Assembly: GCA_024137785.1 (NCBI GenBank)
Contig: JAHRHZ010000111.1
Span: 34,669,830 to 34,733,829, forward strand
Direction of reading: 5' to 3'
Length of the DNA stretch: 64,000 nt
Source of the DNA: Ginglymostoma cirratum
Lineage: Eukaryota
Position 1 is the stretch's first letter, and the number at the start of each line of letters is the position of its first letter. The notes beneath the pieces were generated by a model. That model was not told the DNA's origin and did no database searches. It worked only from the letters and a program-made list of their open reading frames with translations. The position numbers and the translations under genes are program-made. Positions 51,781 through 62,357 of this stretch are shown piece by piece.

Positions 51781-53368
51781 AGATAGCAAGAGCTGCAGAT
51801 GCTGGAGTCAGAGACAACGCAGTGTGGAGCTGGTGGTACACAACAGGCCAGGCAGCATCAGAGGAGCCCTCAGGTCGGAAGGGTGACCATGGGTACCCAC
51901 ATGGCCCCCAGTTATGCCTATCTCTTCGTAGGGTCTGAGAAACATTACTTATTCCAGCACTAATCCAGCCCACACCCACGATTCTTTCACCAATATATTG
52001 ATGATGTCATCAGTACTGCTTCCCTCTCTCAAATGGAATTGGAAAAGTTCATTGATTTCGCTTCCAAATTCCATCCTGCCCTCACTTTCACCTGGTCTAT
52101 CTCTGACTTCTCCCTTCCCATCCTCAACATCTCTGTTTCCATTTCTGAGGATAGACTGGACACTAATATCCACTATAAACTTACTGACTCCCACACGTAC
52201 CTGGACCATTCACCCTCACACCCAGCTACCTGTAAAGACTCTATCCCATTCTCTCAGTTGCTCCGTCTCTGTAGCATACGTTCAGATGAGGCCAGCTTTG
52301 ACAAGGGAGCCTCCGAAATGTCCACCTTTTTCCTCAACCGAGGATTCACCATCTCTGCTGTTGAGAGGGCCGTCAACCAGGTCCGACCCAAATCCTGCTC
52401 TTCCGCCCTCACCCCTTCTCTTCCCTCCTGCAACAGCAATCGAGTTCCCTTTATCCTCACCTACTATCCCACCAGCATCCACATCCAGAAGATCATCATA
52501 CTCCGTTTCCACCACCTCCAGCGAGATGCCACCACCAGACACATATTCCCCTCCCTTCCCTTGTCCGCCTTCCGTAGGGACCATTCACTCTGGGACATCC
52601 TGTCCACTCTTCCTTCACCCCCAACACATCCCCACAGCCCAATGGCACCTTCCCCTGTAACCAGTGAAGGTGCCATACTTGCCCATTTACCTCCTCCCTC
52701 CGCATTATCCAAGGGCCCAAACATACCTTCCAGGCGAGCAACACTTCACCTGCACTTCCCAGAATCTAGTCTATTGAATTCGCTGCTCACAATGTCGTCG
52801 CCTCCACACTGGGGAAACAAAGCTTGGACTGGTTGACCTCTTTGCAGAACACCTACGTTCTGCTCGCACATACCTGTTGCCTGCCACTTTAGCACACCAC
52901 CCTGTTCCCTGGCCAACATCTCTGTCTCTGGTTTGCTGCAGTGTTCCAGTAAAGCTTAATGCAAGCTGGGACCCTGCAGCCCTCCGACTCAATACCGAGT
53001 TCAATAATTTTAGGGCCTGAACTCTCCCATGCTCTAGCCCCCTTCCCCACACACCAGGCCTTGTTATCACATGGCCTGTCAGTGCACACTACCTACTGTT
53101 AACCTCTAACAGTCCCCATTAACAACTATTCACCCTCCCAGCTGGATTATTATCAACTTCTTTGTCTATCCAGCTGATCTTCTCTCCCTTCAAGCTCTAT
53201 CTTATCATTTACTTGCTACCCCAACCCTCTCCCTATTTTCTGCATTTAAGCCAATGTTTTCCCAGCTAGCATCAATTCTGAGGAAGGGTCACCAGACCCG
53301 AAACATTAGCTATGACCTTTTTCTTCACAGATGCTGCCAGACCTGCTGAACTTTTCCAGCAACTTCTG
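51781..53368 (+). mobile_element. Penelope-like element, 5'-truncated RT + GIY-YIG + pLTR, pseudogenised
   Basis: MGTHMAPSYAYLFVG, YIDD at 51994-52005, YKLTDSHTYL..SHP..CKDSIPFSQLLRL (ORF 52033-52836), Cys-rich linker, NLVY.IRCSQC..GETK..EHLRS; hammerhead core 53278-53308; inverted pLTR piece 51781-51867. Confidence 0.93.
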
Positions 53369-53449
53369 CCTCTTGCCATGCTAGTCTCCTCAAAAGGCCT
53401 CATACGATTCAAAGAGAGGTTCCAAGAGAGCAGTCTGCAGATGAACTGT

Positions 53450-53499
53450 TTTTATACCTTTTAGATGGTCTTCTGGAACTTTCTGTTGTTCTGACCAAT
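53450..53499 (-). promoter_or_regulatory. Putative LTR promoter: reverse CCAAT, heat-shock element, TATA
   Basis: Minus strand aGAAa-gTTCc-aGAAg (53470-84), 13 bp, TATAAAA (53450-56); CCAAT 53495-99. Confidence 0.5.
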
Positions 53500-54129
53500 T
53501 GGGGAGATACACTTAATCGTTTGAAACAAGAGTCAGGCACTTAGATGGCATGATACTGTCAAGTTTCTTTGTGTAGCAGGACCCAGTGCTTTTCTGTCTG
53601 GGCTGCCCTTTATTTAGTGGATAAATTGTTGGGGGTATCTGTGCAAATTAACAGTTGTGTTTTACATTATGCTCATGCCATTAGCGCCTAGCTCCTGTGT
53701 TTGCACTGTATCTGGTGTGTGGGTTTTGTGACTTCAGAGTTTCACTTGGCCAATGTACCCAGCATCCCTTGCTGATGGGCAAGGTGGCAACCTGTGTTTT
53801 TGGAGGCTGCTATTAATGTACAGTAAGGTGCAGTGAGGACTTTGAGAAAGATATATTCCCTGGGAATATGGATTGAGAAACCTGTGACAATGATAATGAA
53901 GGTGTGGCCAGAGGTGATGTGCAGGAGAGGGGTAGCTGAATTCGGAACCCTATACATCTTTCCTGACCCAGTTATTTCATTGACAGACATCTGGAAATGA
54001 ACCCGTGGTGTGACACAATGCTCCTGCTGCAGACCTCCTCAGTTCAATGAAATATTGAAATTGCTAGCCCACTCCTCTCAAAAGAGGATAATGTTTATGC
54101 AGCCAAACATGCCTGAGTTAAAACTGTAT

Positions 54130-54261
54130 CAGAGATAATAGGAACTGCAGATTCTGGAGAATCCAAGATAACAAGGTGTGGAGCTGGATGAACACAGCAG
54201 GCCAAGCAGCATCATAGGAGCAGGAAAGCTTGAAGTTTCGGGCCTAGACCCTTCATCAGAA
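54130..54261 (-). mobile_element. PLE pLTR fragment with hammerhead core
   Basis: Minus strand CTGATGA-A-GGGT-CTAG-GCCC-GAAA-CTTC at 54232-54259; same family as 19030-19125. Confidence 0.8.
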
Positions 54262-55029
54262 AACTGTTGGATTTTCCCCTTTACAAACTGACATTTAGCC
54301 ATGTTTAATCTCTCTCCAGAAATAACTCCCACATTTTCCTCAATCATTTAAATTCCTCCCAACCCACAAATCATTATCAAGTAATAGAGCTTCTTGATTC
54401 ATGCTAATTGCTCACAACCACAATGCACTGGGTAACGGGCAGATCTATGTCACTGTCTGTACTACCTATCCTTATACAAGCTCAGAAATGCTTGCTTGAT
54501 AAACAACATGGGCTCATAGTAGAAGGGAGCAGACAAAAGATAGGGAAGTGGCAAAACACTTCAGGCCGATAGAACAGAGTTGAGTGCTGCACTCTACACA
54601 TTGTATATCTTTGCATTGAGAGTGAGTGCACAATGTGAAGCTCGCATTTCCTGCTCGATGTTGGGTTATTGGAATTATGCTCTACATTTTGATCCAGCCA
54701 TTATACAGAGTCATGCAGTAAATTTCAATCATATTTCACTGAGTGTTTTGCTACATAAGGAGTCATCCCTGGTACTTTTATAAGGAAACATTACCACATA
54801 CATTGCCCCTATCAGTGAGTCTGAAACAATATTCATAGCCAGGCATGTACCGAACAGCACCTCGCATTAGTCTCCCCACTGGTGCAGCTGTAAACAAACA
54901 TATCTAGTGAGCTGAGTGTGAAAGTATGGTCCCTATTGATCCCCATGCCTCCAATTCCTGACATACGTGTCCCAATGCATGACATTTTACACCTGGAACA
55001 TAAACACTGAACATCTTCTCTCCACTCAT

Positions 55030-55815
55030 TCTGTGGTCCCTCGGCCCATTGACTCTGCGCTACTCCCATTTTCCAGCACTTGGCCCAGGGTATTGAATGT
55101 TATGATATTTGAAGTGCTCATTCAAGTACTTTTTAAAAGTTGTGAGGTTTCCTGCCCCTACTGCCCTCCCAGGCAGAACATTCCAGATTACTTCCACCCT
55201 CTGGGTGCAACACTCTTTCTCAAATCCCCTCAAAATTATGCCCCCTTGATTTTGACCCTTCAACTGAAGGGGAAAATCTGCTTCCTATCCACCCTATCCT
55301 TCTCCCTCATAATCTTATACACCTGAATCCATCCCAGCCTTCTCTGCTCTAAAGAAAACAACCTGAGCCTATTCAGTCTCTCTTTATCGCTGAAATGCTC
55401 CATCCCAGGCAACATCCTGGTGAATATCTCTTGCATCCCATCCAAAACAATCATTTCCTTCCATCATACACACATCTTCAAAATGAACTCATTTGTCTTA
55501 TAATCTGTGCCACAACTGGTACAAACAAATGCCCCATATGCCTTCTTAACTACCCTATTACCTGTCCTGGAATCTGTGAACAAGCATGCCAAGGCCTATA
55601 CTCCTCTGAACTTCCTACGGTCCTGCCAATAATTGAGTATTCCTTGTTTTGTTACTTATTCCAAAGTGTATTACTTCACACTTGTCATGGCTAAAATCCA
55701 TATGCCACAGATCTGCCCATCTGACCAACCTGGCCATTTCTTCCTATAAGCGGAGACCTTCCGGTCTTACCCAACCAAGCTTCATGTCATCCACAAGGTT
55801 AATTATCATCCCCCC
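55030..55815 (-). mobile_element. Old CR1 3' fragment
   Basis: ORFs 55260-55454 (FTRMLPGM..ERLNRLRLFSLEQRRL) and 55060-55263. Confidence 0.85.
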
Positions 55816-56093
55816 TTACGTTCTCATCTGTATGATCTACATATTTATCCCAGCTGAACAGACAGTTTTTCCATCTTCAAACCTTCCCACATCCCACTTG
55901 GTGGTGTGGGGAAATTAAATTCCATATGTTATCATTATTCAACTCTCGTAAGCAGAAATTCAAGCTTCAGTTATTCTTAAGCAATTAGGTGACAAGAGTT
56001 CATTGAGGGGTAACACATTAACTGCTGTAAATTGTCTTAATCTGCCCAAGGTCACAGAGGAGTGGAGGTAGTTACCTCCATGAAACGGTGTAA

Positions 56094-56398
56094 TGGTGGC
56101 TCAGTGGTTCGCGCTACTACCTCTCAGCACCAGGGAAGTGCGATCAATTCCATCCCTGGGCAAATGTCTGTATGGAGTTTGCACATTCTCCCCATGTGTA
56201 TATGGGTTTCCTTTGGGTATCATGGTTTCCTCCCAGAGTCCAAAGATGTGCAGGTTAGGTGGATTGGCCATGCTAAATTGCCTCTATTGTTCAGGGATAT
56301 GCAGGCCAGATAGATTAGCCATGGGAAATGTAGGATTACAGGGGAGGTGGGGTGGGTCTGGGTGGTAAGTTCTTCGGACAGCTGGTGTGGACTCTATG
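56094..56398 (+). mobile_element. HE1-like tRNA-derived SINE
   Basis: GGTGGCTCAGTGGTT head; GGAGTTTGCACATTCTCCCC..CCAAAGATGTGCAGGTTAGG core. Confidence 0.88.
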
Positions 56399-58449
56399 AA
56401 ATTTGCATACATGGAATATAAACCACCCCCATGAAATTGATAGGCACCCTGTTTGGGTGCAGGACTTTTATTTCCAAGATTATCCACTATTTCATAGTGA
56501 CGAAGAATCTTTCTATTGTGAAAATCCAAGCCTTAATTTTTGAGCAAAATTAATATACTAGCTAGTTCATAGCAAACAGATTTGAGATGCATCACCCAGA
56601 CTATGCATCACCCAGCACCACAGCTCTAAATTTCAACCACTGATTATCAAGCACTTTGAGAATTGAAAGGTTGTTACAGAACTCCAATTTTCCTTTTCAT
56701 TCGGCTAAAAGTGAAATGTACTTCCAATAGTATTTTGGAGTCTTGAATCACGAATCTTAATGCTTATGTTGTCATGTACAATGCCTGAGGATAATGCCAT
56801 CATGTATAATGCCTGAAGATTATGACAGTTTGTTCCGTAGTGTAGCAACCACTAGGAGCATGACTGCGCAGGATGCTGCTAAGATGTCTCGATAAGATTT
56901 GTACAGGGAGTCAAGGATATGTCTGTTGTTGACAAGCTAATATTACCAGGAGCCAGCAGCTTCAGAAAATAATTACATCATGGTTTAACTGGGTATCAAC
57001 CTTGTTCACTGTTGAAATATTCTGAAGGCATTCGGTAACTGTCATGTCTCCTGATGTTGCCCTGCAGCTTACAATAAGATGCATGTCCTCTGATGGATTT
57101 TGCTATATTTACATTATTTAAATGGTTGTTCAATGAACAGGGATTTGGGGTCAGCAGAAATTATTCATTCGATCAAGGCCTGTAAGTACTTCTTGAGCTC
57201 AGCCTTTCACTGGCTGCAGAAGCTTAAACAAAATCATGTCGGCAGCTCAGAGCCATCACTTAGAGCTAGTTACACACTGACCTCTGTCGAATATTAATTC
57301 CCCTTAAGGCTGGATGCTCACTGTAAAATGTGTGTGACTCCAAGTCCAGAAGAATGGATAGACTCAGGAATAGATCTCCATGATATGTGACAGGGCAACC
57401 CCCTCAGCCACCCATTCGCGAAATTCATCATGACTGAAGGAATTCGGACCATGTTGCCTGTGCATATTTGACTTCACTGGATAGGATTACGTATGACCAG
57501 TGCAGACTTGATGGGCTGAATGTCCTTTATCTGTGCTGTAGCCCTCTATGATTCTATGCCATTTGCTTCCCAATAACCGGCAGCGCACTTATGTGGTAGA
57601 ATGTTATACTTTCACCCAGATTGTTAATGAGGATGTAACCATTTTACTGTTTGGGAGAGTCAAAGATGTGTATTTTAACTCAATGTGCTGAAGTATATAT
57701 GATGACAACTGCGGAGATCCAAGTTTGTGTGAAAGGTGCTCCCCACACAATATTTTTAGTATGTAGAATTAACTCATATATGTTGTCATGTGCCCTTCTC
57801 TTCAGGTTTTCTTTGGCTTCACGTGCATATAATTCCTAGCCTAAGTGTTACTATAGATTAGTGACATATTCACTATGGTTTGAGGACTACTGGAGGAAGT
57901 GGCCTGCATCCCACTACAAAGTACCCTGAAGACCTGATGGCAATCTGATGGTATAGGGGTGGCATTCAGCTGAGAGACAGTGAGAAAAAACAAGTTCTGA
58001 TAATGCACCTATTTGAGATGAAAAGTGTCTTCTGACGTTAGACTAGCTGCCATCATCTTCTCTGGCACTGCAGCTACACAAACCCCTTTCAGCTAATGAT
58101 GAACCAAAGTCAACATCAGACATATTCTTGACTCCTTGTGCACAACATATCAAGGTCAGAAATCACATGACACCAGGGTATAGTCCAACAGGTTTATTTG
58201 AAGGCACAAGCTTTCAGAGCCTCACTCCTCCTTGAGATATTAGTGAAGTGGTATCGGACACAGAATTCATAAGTAAAAGGTCAAAAGGTCACACCATCCA
58301 TGAGGATATATTAAACAAACCTAAGATGCTGTTAAATCTTTAATCAGTTAAAAGATTTTAATTGTGGTGTACAGGTGCCAGTGTTGGACGGGAGTGGACA
58401 AGGTCAGAAATCACATGACACCAGGTTATAATCCAACAGGTTTATTTGA

Positions 58450-58490
58450 AAACACAAGCTTTCGGAGCCTCGCTCCTTCTTCAGGTGTTT
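58450..58490 (-). ncRNA. Apparently complete minimal type I hammerhead ribozyme
   Basis: Minus strand AAACAC-CTGAAGA-A-GGAGC-GAG-GCTCC-GAAA-GCTT-GTGTTT: 6-bp stem I, 5-bp stem II, palindromic AGCT stem III, CUU triplet. Confidence 0.78.
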
Positions 58491-58734
58491 AATATGTATA
58501 TGTAAACCTCAAATTCCTTTCAAGTCACTGTCCTGAGAGAACTATAGGTCTTATAAGTGTAAAGAAGAGGTAATATTTTAGGTCAGAGAATGCACTTTAG
58601 GTGTGAGGCCTTGTTTAGAATTGGTTTGGAGTCAGACTGGATTTATTTCTAAAGTAGGAATTTATAAAACACTATATTGACTGACTGTTTACAAATTGTG
58701 TGCTTCTTGAACAAAATAGAACTTATCTGCAAAT

Positions 58735-58894
58735 NNNNNNNNNNNNNNNNNNNNNNNNNNNNNNNNNNNNNNNNNNNNNNNNNNNNNNNNNNNNNNNNNN
58801 NNNNNNNNNNNNNNNNNNNNNNNNNNNNNNNNNNNNNNNNNNNNNNNNNNNNNNNNNNNNNNNNNNNNNNNNNNNNNNNNNNNNNNNNNNNNNN
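58735..58894. other. Assembly gap (160 N)
   Basis: Run of N. Confidence 1.
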
Positions 58895-59122
58895 TGCATG
58901 TGTTTGTGAATGCATGTGTTTGTGTGTGAGTGTGTGTGTGTGTTTGTGAATGTGTGTGTGTATGAATGTGTGTCTGTGTATGTGAATGTGTGTGTGAATG
59001 TGATTGTGTGTGAGTGTGAATGTGTTTGTGTGATTGTGAATGTGTTTGTATGTGTGTGAATGTGTCCGTGTGTGAATGTGTCCGTGTGTGTGTCCGTGTG
59101 TGTGTGTGCATGCGTGTGCGCG
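58895..59122 (+). repeat. Imperfect (TG)n/(TGTGAA)n microsatellite
   Basis: Read directly; mirrored by the shorter (CA)n tract at about 59335-59400. Confidence 0.97.
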
Positions 59123-60544
59123 TTTGATGAGGAGGAATGCGATGGACACCTGAAGTTCTTAAAGGACGTCTTCATAGGGACAGGATACAATGCTCAATTC
59201 ATCGATCACTAAGGCAGACTTTGGGATATGGAACAACGCACCAAGCAGAGGCTGGTAGCCAAGTTTCGTCCCCATGAGGACGGCCTCAACTGGGATCTTG
59301 GGTTTATGTCACACTACAGGTGACCCCACTGCACTATACACTCTCACATACACACACGCACACGCACACTCTCTCTCTCCCTTACATATGCACACACACA
59401 TGAATCTTTAGGGTGAATTTGTATTTGCAGATACATTCTATTATGTTCAAAATCACACAATTTATCAGTCAGTGAATGTGGCATTTTATAAGTTCCTACT
59501 TTAGAAATAAAACCAGTCTGACACCAAAACACAAACAGATTCTAAACAAGGCCTTACACTTAACATACATTGTCTGACCTACACCTCTTCTTTACACTGA
59601 TAAAACCATCTCCACATCACATCTTATCAAGATCTTAGCATCCTGCACAGTCATGCTCCTTGTGGCTGTTGTACTACAGAACAAACTGTAATGATGAACC
59701 AATTGTGTAGAGCAACTCCAGTGAAGTTAACAGGCTTGAGACTGAAAGATGCACCTTTCATAGACGTATACAAGTATCTCACTATAATAATAGCAATCAA
59801 TACCTGCCATTGACATTTGGGTCACCTCCATCTATGCGGGAGCACAGATAGGCCTTTTTTGAAGAGTAACTTGCGAATAAATCAGAAGCTGGTGAACAAG
59901 CGTTATGTCAATAAGAATAGATACAAGCCTATCTCTGAGTTACACTGTCCTTTGTGTTCCTGTGATAATATACTCAATTGTTGATGTGAAGCTAATTCAT
60001 CTACTTTTGGATGTTTTGATAGCCTAAGCATTAATGAAATGAATTGTTAATGTCACAATCCTCTGTGGGCTGTGCCACCCATTAATGGATCAGTCAACTC
60101 CTCAAGGTATTAGTGTTCACAAACAAAAAGAAGCTAATCACCTAATAACTGCCTTTACAGTAAGTATACTGCCAGCAGGTCCCAATCCTACAATCAGTGG
60201 CAAAGGAGATTTGCAGACACTGGAAATTTATATCTTGTGTGCTCTACTGGCATGTTACAAAGTTAAGAAGGGGTGAAAAGGGCTGACAGCTGTGGGGATG
60301 AGGACATTTCCGCAGAGGTAATTACTTGCTTCCAGGGTAATTGAACAGTTAGCCCATGCATACAACATTGGCTCACATCGTGCCCTGAAAGGCATTCACT
60401 ACTTGTTTAGCTTCTGGCTTGCGGTATTGGTGATTGGAAGGTTTATCGTGAGTTCAATGCAATGCCAACACCTGTGTTTCCTTCCACTGTTCATCTTCCT
60501 ATTAAAAAGAACAAAGCTGTCACGGTCATACTGTCTTGTTCAAA

Positions 60545-60701
60545 AATGACAATTGGTGGTGACTTTAACCTGGGGGTCACCGCATCTCAGACAAGGGACA
60601 AGGTGGAGAAAGCAGGACCATCATGATGACCTGAGCCTGCATAGGAATTGAACCTGCACTCTTGGCATTACTCTGCTTTGGAATTAGTCATCCAACCAAC
60701 C
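60545..60701 (-). mobile_element. tRNA-headed SINE fragment (third family)
   Basis: Minus strand GGTTGGTTGGATG..GGTTCAATTCC (B box) followed by a non-HE1 body. Confidence 0.6.
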
Positions 60702-60727
60702 CTCTTCCAATTGTCAAAGACAACTAG

Positions 60728-61053
60728 AATCATAAAATGCCCACAGCATGGAAGCAGGCCAATTTATCCTCAAGTTCACATCAACTCTCTGAAGAGCATC
60801 CCATCCACACTCACCCTATAACCCCACATTTCCCATGCTAACCTACTTATCCTGCTCATCCCTGACCACTAGGGGCAATTTAGCATTGTCAACCCTAACT
60901 GCACATCTTTGGACTGTGGGAGGAAACCAGAGCACCCAGAGAAAACCCACACTGACAAGGGGAGAACATGCAAACAGTTGCCTGCAGCTGGAGTCGAACC
61001 TGGGTCCCTGACAGCGTGAAGCAGCAGTGCTAACCACTGAGCCATCATGCCAC
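60728..61053 (-). mobile_element. HE1-like tRNA-derived SINE
   Basis: Minus strand GGTGGCATGATGGCTCAGTGGTTAGCACTGCTGC..GGTTCGACTCC; ATGATTCTA tail. Confidence 0.9.
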
Positions 61054-61407
61054 CTAAGAACAACGGACTCCATGTGGTCTTGTGAAATAACCCTTTCACC
61101 TTCTGAATGTAGGAAGTAGACTTGTGGTCCAGAAAGTATTGCCTTCAGAGGCATTGTCCAAACTTGGAGAACCAGAAACAAAAATGAGAGGATGATTTGT
61201 AGACTGCACGGTATGGGAGACCACACAGCTTCAGTTGGTTCCTAGTTGTCCTCCTAGCCTCAAAGTCTTTTAGAGAGTGTGACTCGAGGTAATTTCAGTC
61301 CAGTGGCACCAGTAATTTTTCCGCCAAACTGCAGCAGTTTAAAAAAAGCAGATATAATTTCTGTGAGCAATTCTGTGTAATATGTCATTGCCTGCTGATC
61401 TGACATT

Positions 61408-61427
61408 ATTCCAGAACATTCCAGAAA
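61408..61427. promoter_or_regulatory. Perfect four-pentamer heat-shock element motif
   Basis: aTTCc-aGAAc-aTTCc-aGAAa; motif match only. Confidence 0.4.
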
Positions 61428-62357
61428 CCCTGTGGCTTTTGACGCTCTTGCATATGCGATGAGATAACCTCTATTCCCAAAAAAATCTCTTCCTAGTTTT
61501 ATAGCTGCCCCTCCTCCACTCCACTCCCCACCAAGTAATGTCCTCCCACCCCACACATCACTTGTGGACCAAGTCATGTTGCTTTTACTGATCAACTTCA
61601 AACCTCCTCAGGACCGATTTCACATAATTTCTTCACTCTCCAGTTTGAGTGGCAGTCACTCATGTTGCTTTCTAACCTTATGCATCAGTGCAGAAGTTCA
61701 CCTTTATCTTAATGGATGAAAATTTATCCATTTGTGCTCCCATCCAGCTTGTTCCAACTTCATCTGAAACTCCAAAACTGTGCAGTTTGCCCGACTATAT
61801 ATAGAAAAGTCTTTCAGTAGCTGGAGCTGGCTATTCATATCAATGACAATAATCATCATTTTCTGTCTGAATCAGTTTATGTGATTGTCACAAGAGCTGT
61901 ATGTCCAGAAATTCTATTCACTCTAGCAATACTACTCAGGTTGCCAGCATTCAAGGACAAAAACCAGCATGAAATGTACACTTCCCCTGTGTCCTGGCTG
62001 TTAGCCTGGTTCCTCTAGCCAAGCTGAATGCTGCAGTGACCTCTTTTGCAAACAATGCAGAGCCGGTGTACATGAACAGCCCGGCACATTGTGGTGTGTG
62101 TGAATGCTGGCTAGCAATCAAACAACTTCTGTCTCTAAATTGCACCCGGTAATGTTCGCTTTCCCCAAACCCTCAATGAAAAAAATGCCGCAGCAAATTA
62201 TCTGATAAATGAAGTGTGGGTGACTACAAGGCACCAGTTAATCAGATGTGGCGGAAAGGAGCCCCTGCAAAACGAAAGTCAGTGGGAATCAAGGGGAAAA
62301 CTTTTGCACCAGTGTCATATAGAGCATAAAAGGAAGATTGTTGTGGCTGTTCAAAGT

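Larger units (their letters stand above)
50454..53822 (-). mobile_element. LTR-like repeat copy A2, in pieces (50454-50654, 50871-50977, 53365-~53822) separated by nested insertions
   Basis: Each piece is the reverse complement of the matching segment of 6991-7757 (e.g. CAGCAAGGGATG.TGGGTACA, CAGCTTTGCAGACC, GCTCCTAATAAA). Confidence 0.8.
58153..59610. mobile_element. Composite PLE locus: minus-strand pLTR (58153-~59120) joined to a plus-strand 3' ORF end and pLTR (59140-59610)
   Basis: Plus strand DGHLK..GYNAQFID and QRLVAKF..HEDGLN.DLGFMSHY*; 58570-58734 is the reverse complement of about 59420-59580; homologous to 26077-26351. Confidence 0.8.

Noticed and set aside
51998-52660. 220-aa Pro/Ser-rich ORF and overlapping minus-strand ORFs
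   Set aside because: Alternative frames of the C-rich Penelope RT sequence
56588-56830. Short local duplications (ATGCATCACCCAG x2; ~28-bp CATGTA.AATGCCTGA.GAT x2)
   Set aside because: Ordinary slippage-type duplications with no further structure
58649-59190. His/Thr-rich and Cys/Val-rich ORFs
   Set aside because: Translations of the (TG)n microsatellite and the N gap
59831-59860. Hairpin plus T-run resembling an intrinsic terminator
   Set aside because: Imperfect 8-bp stem expected by chance; bacterial terminators are irrelevant here
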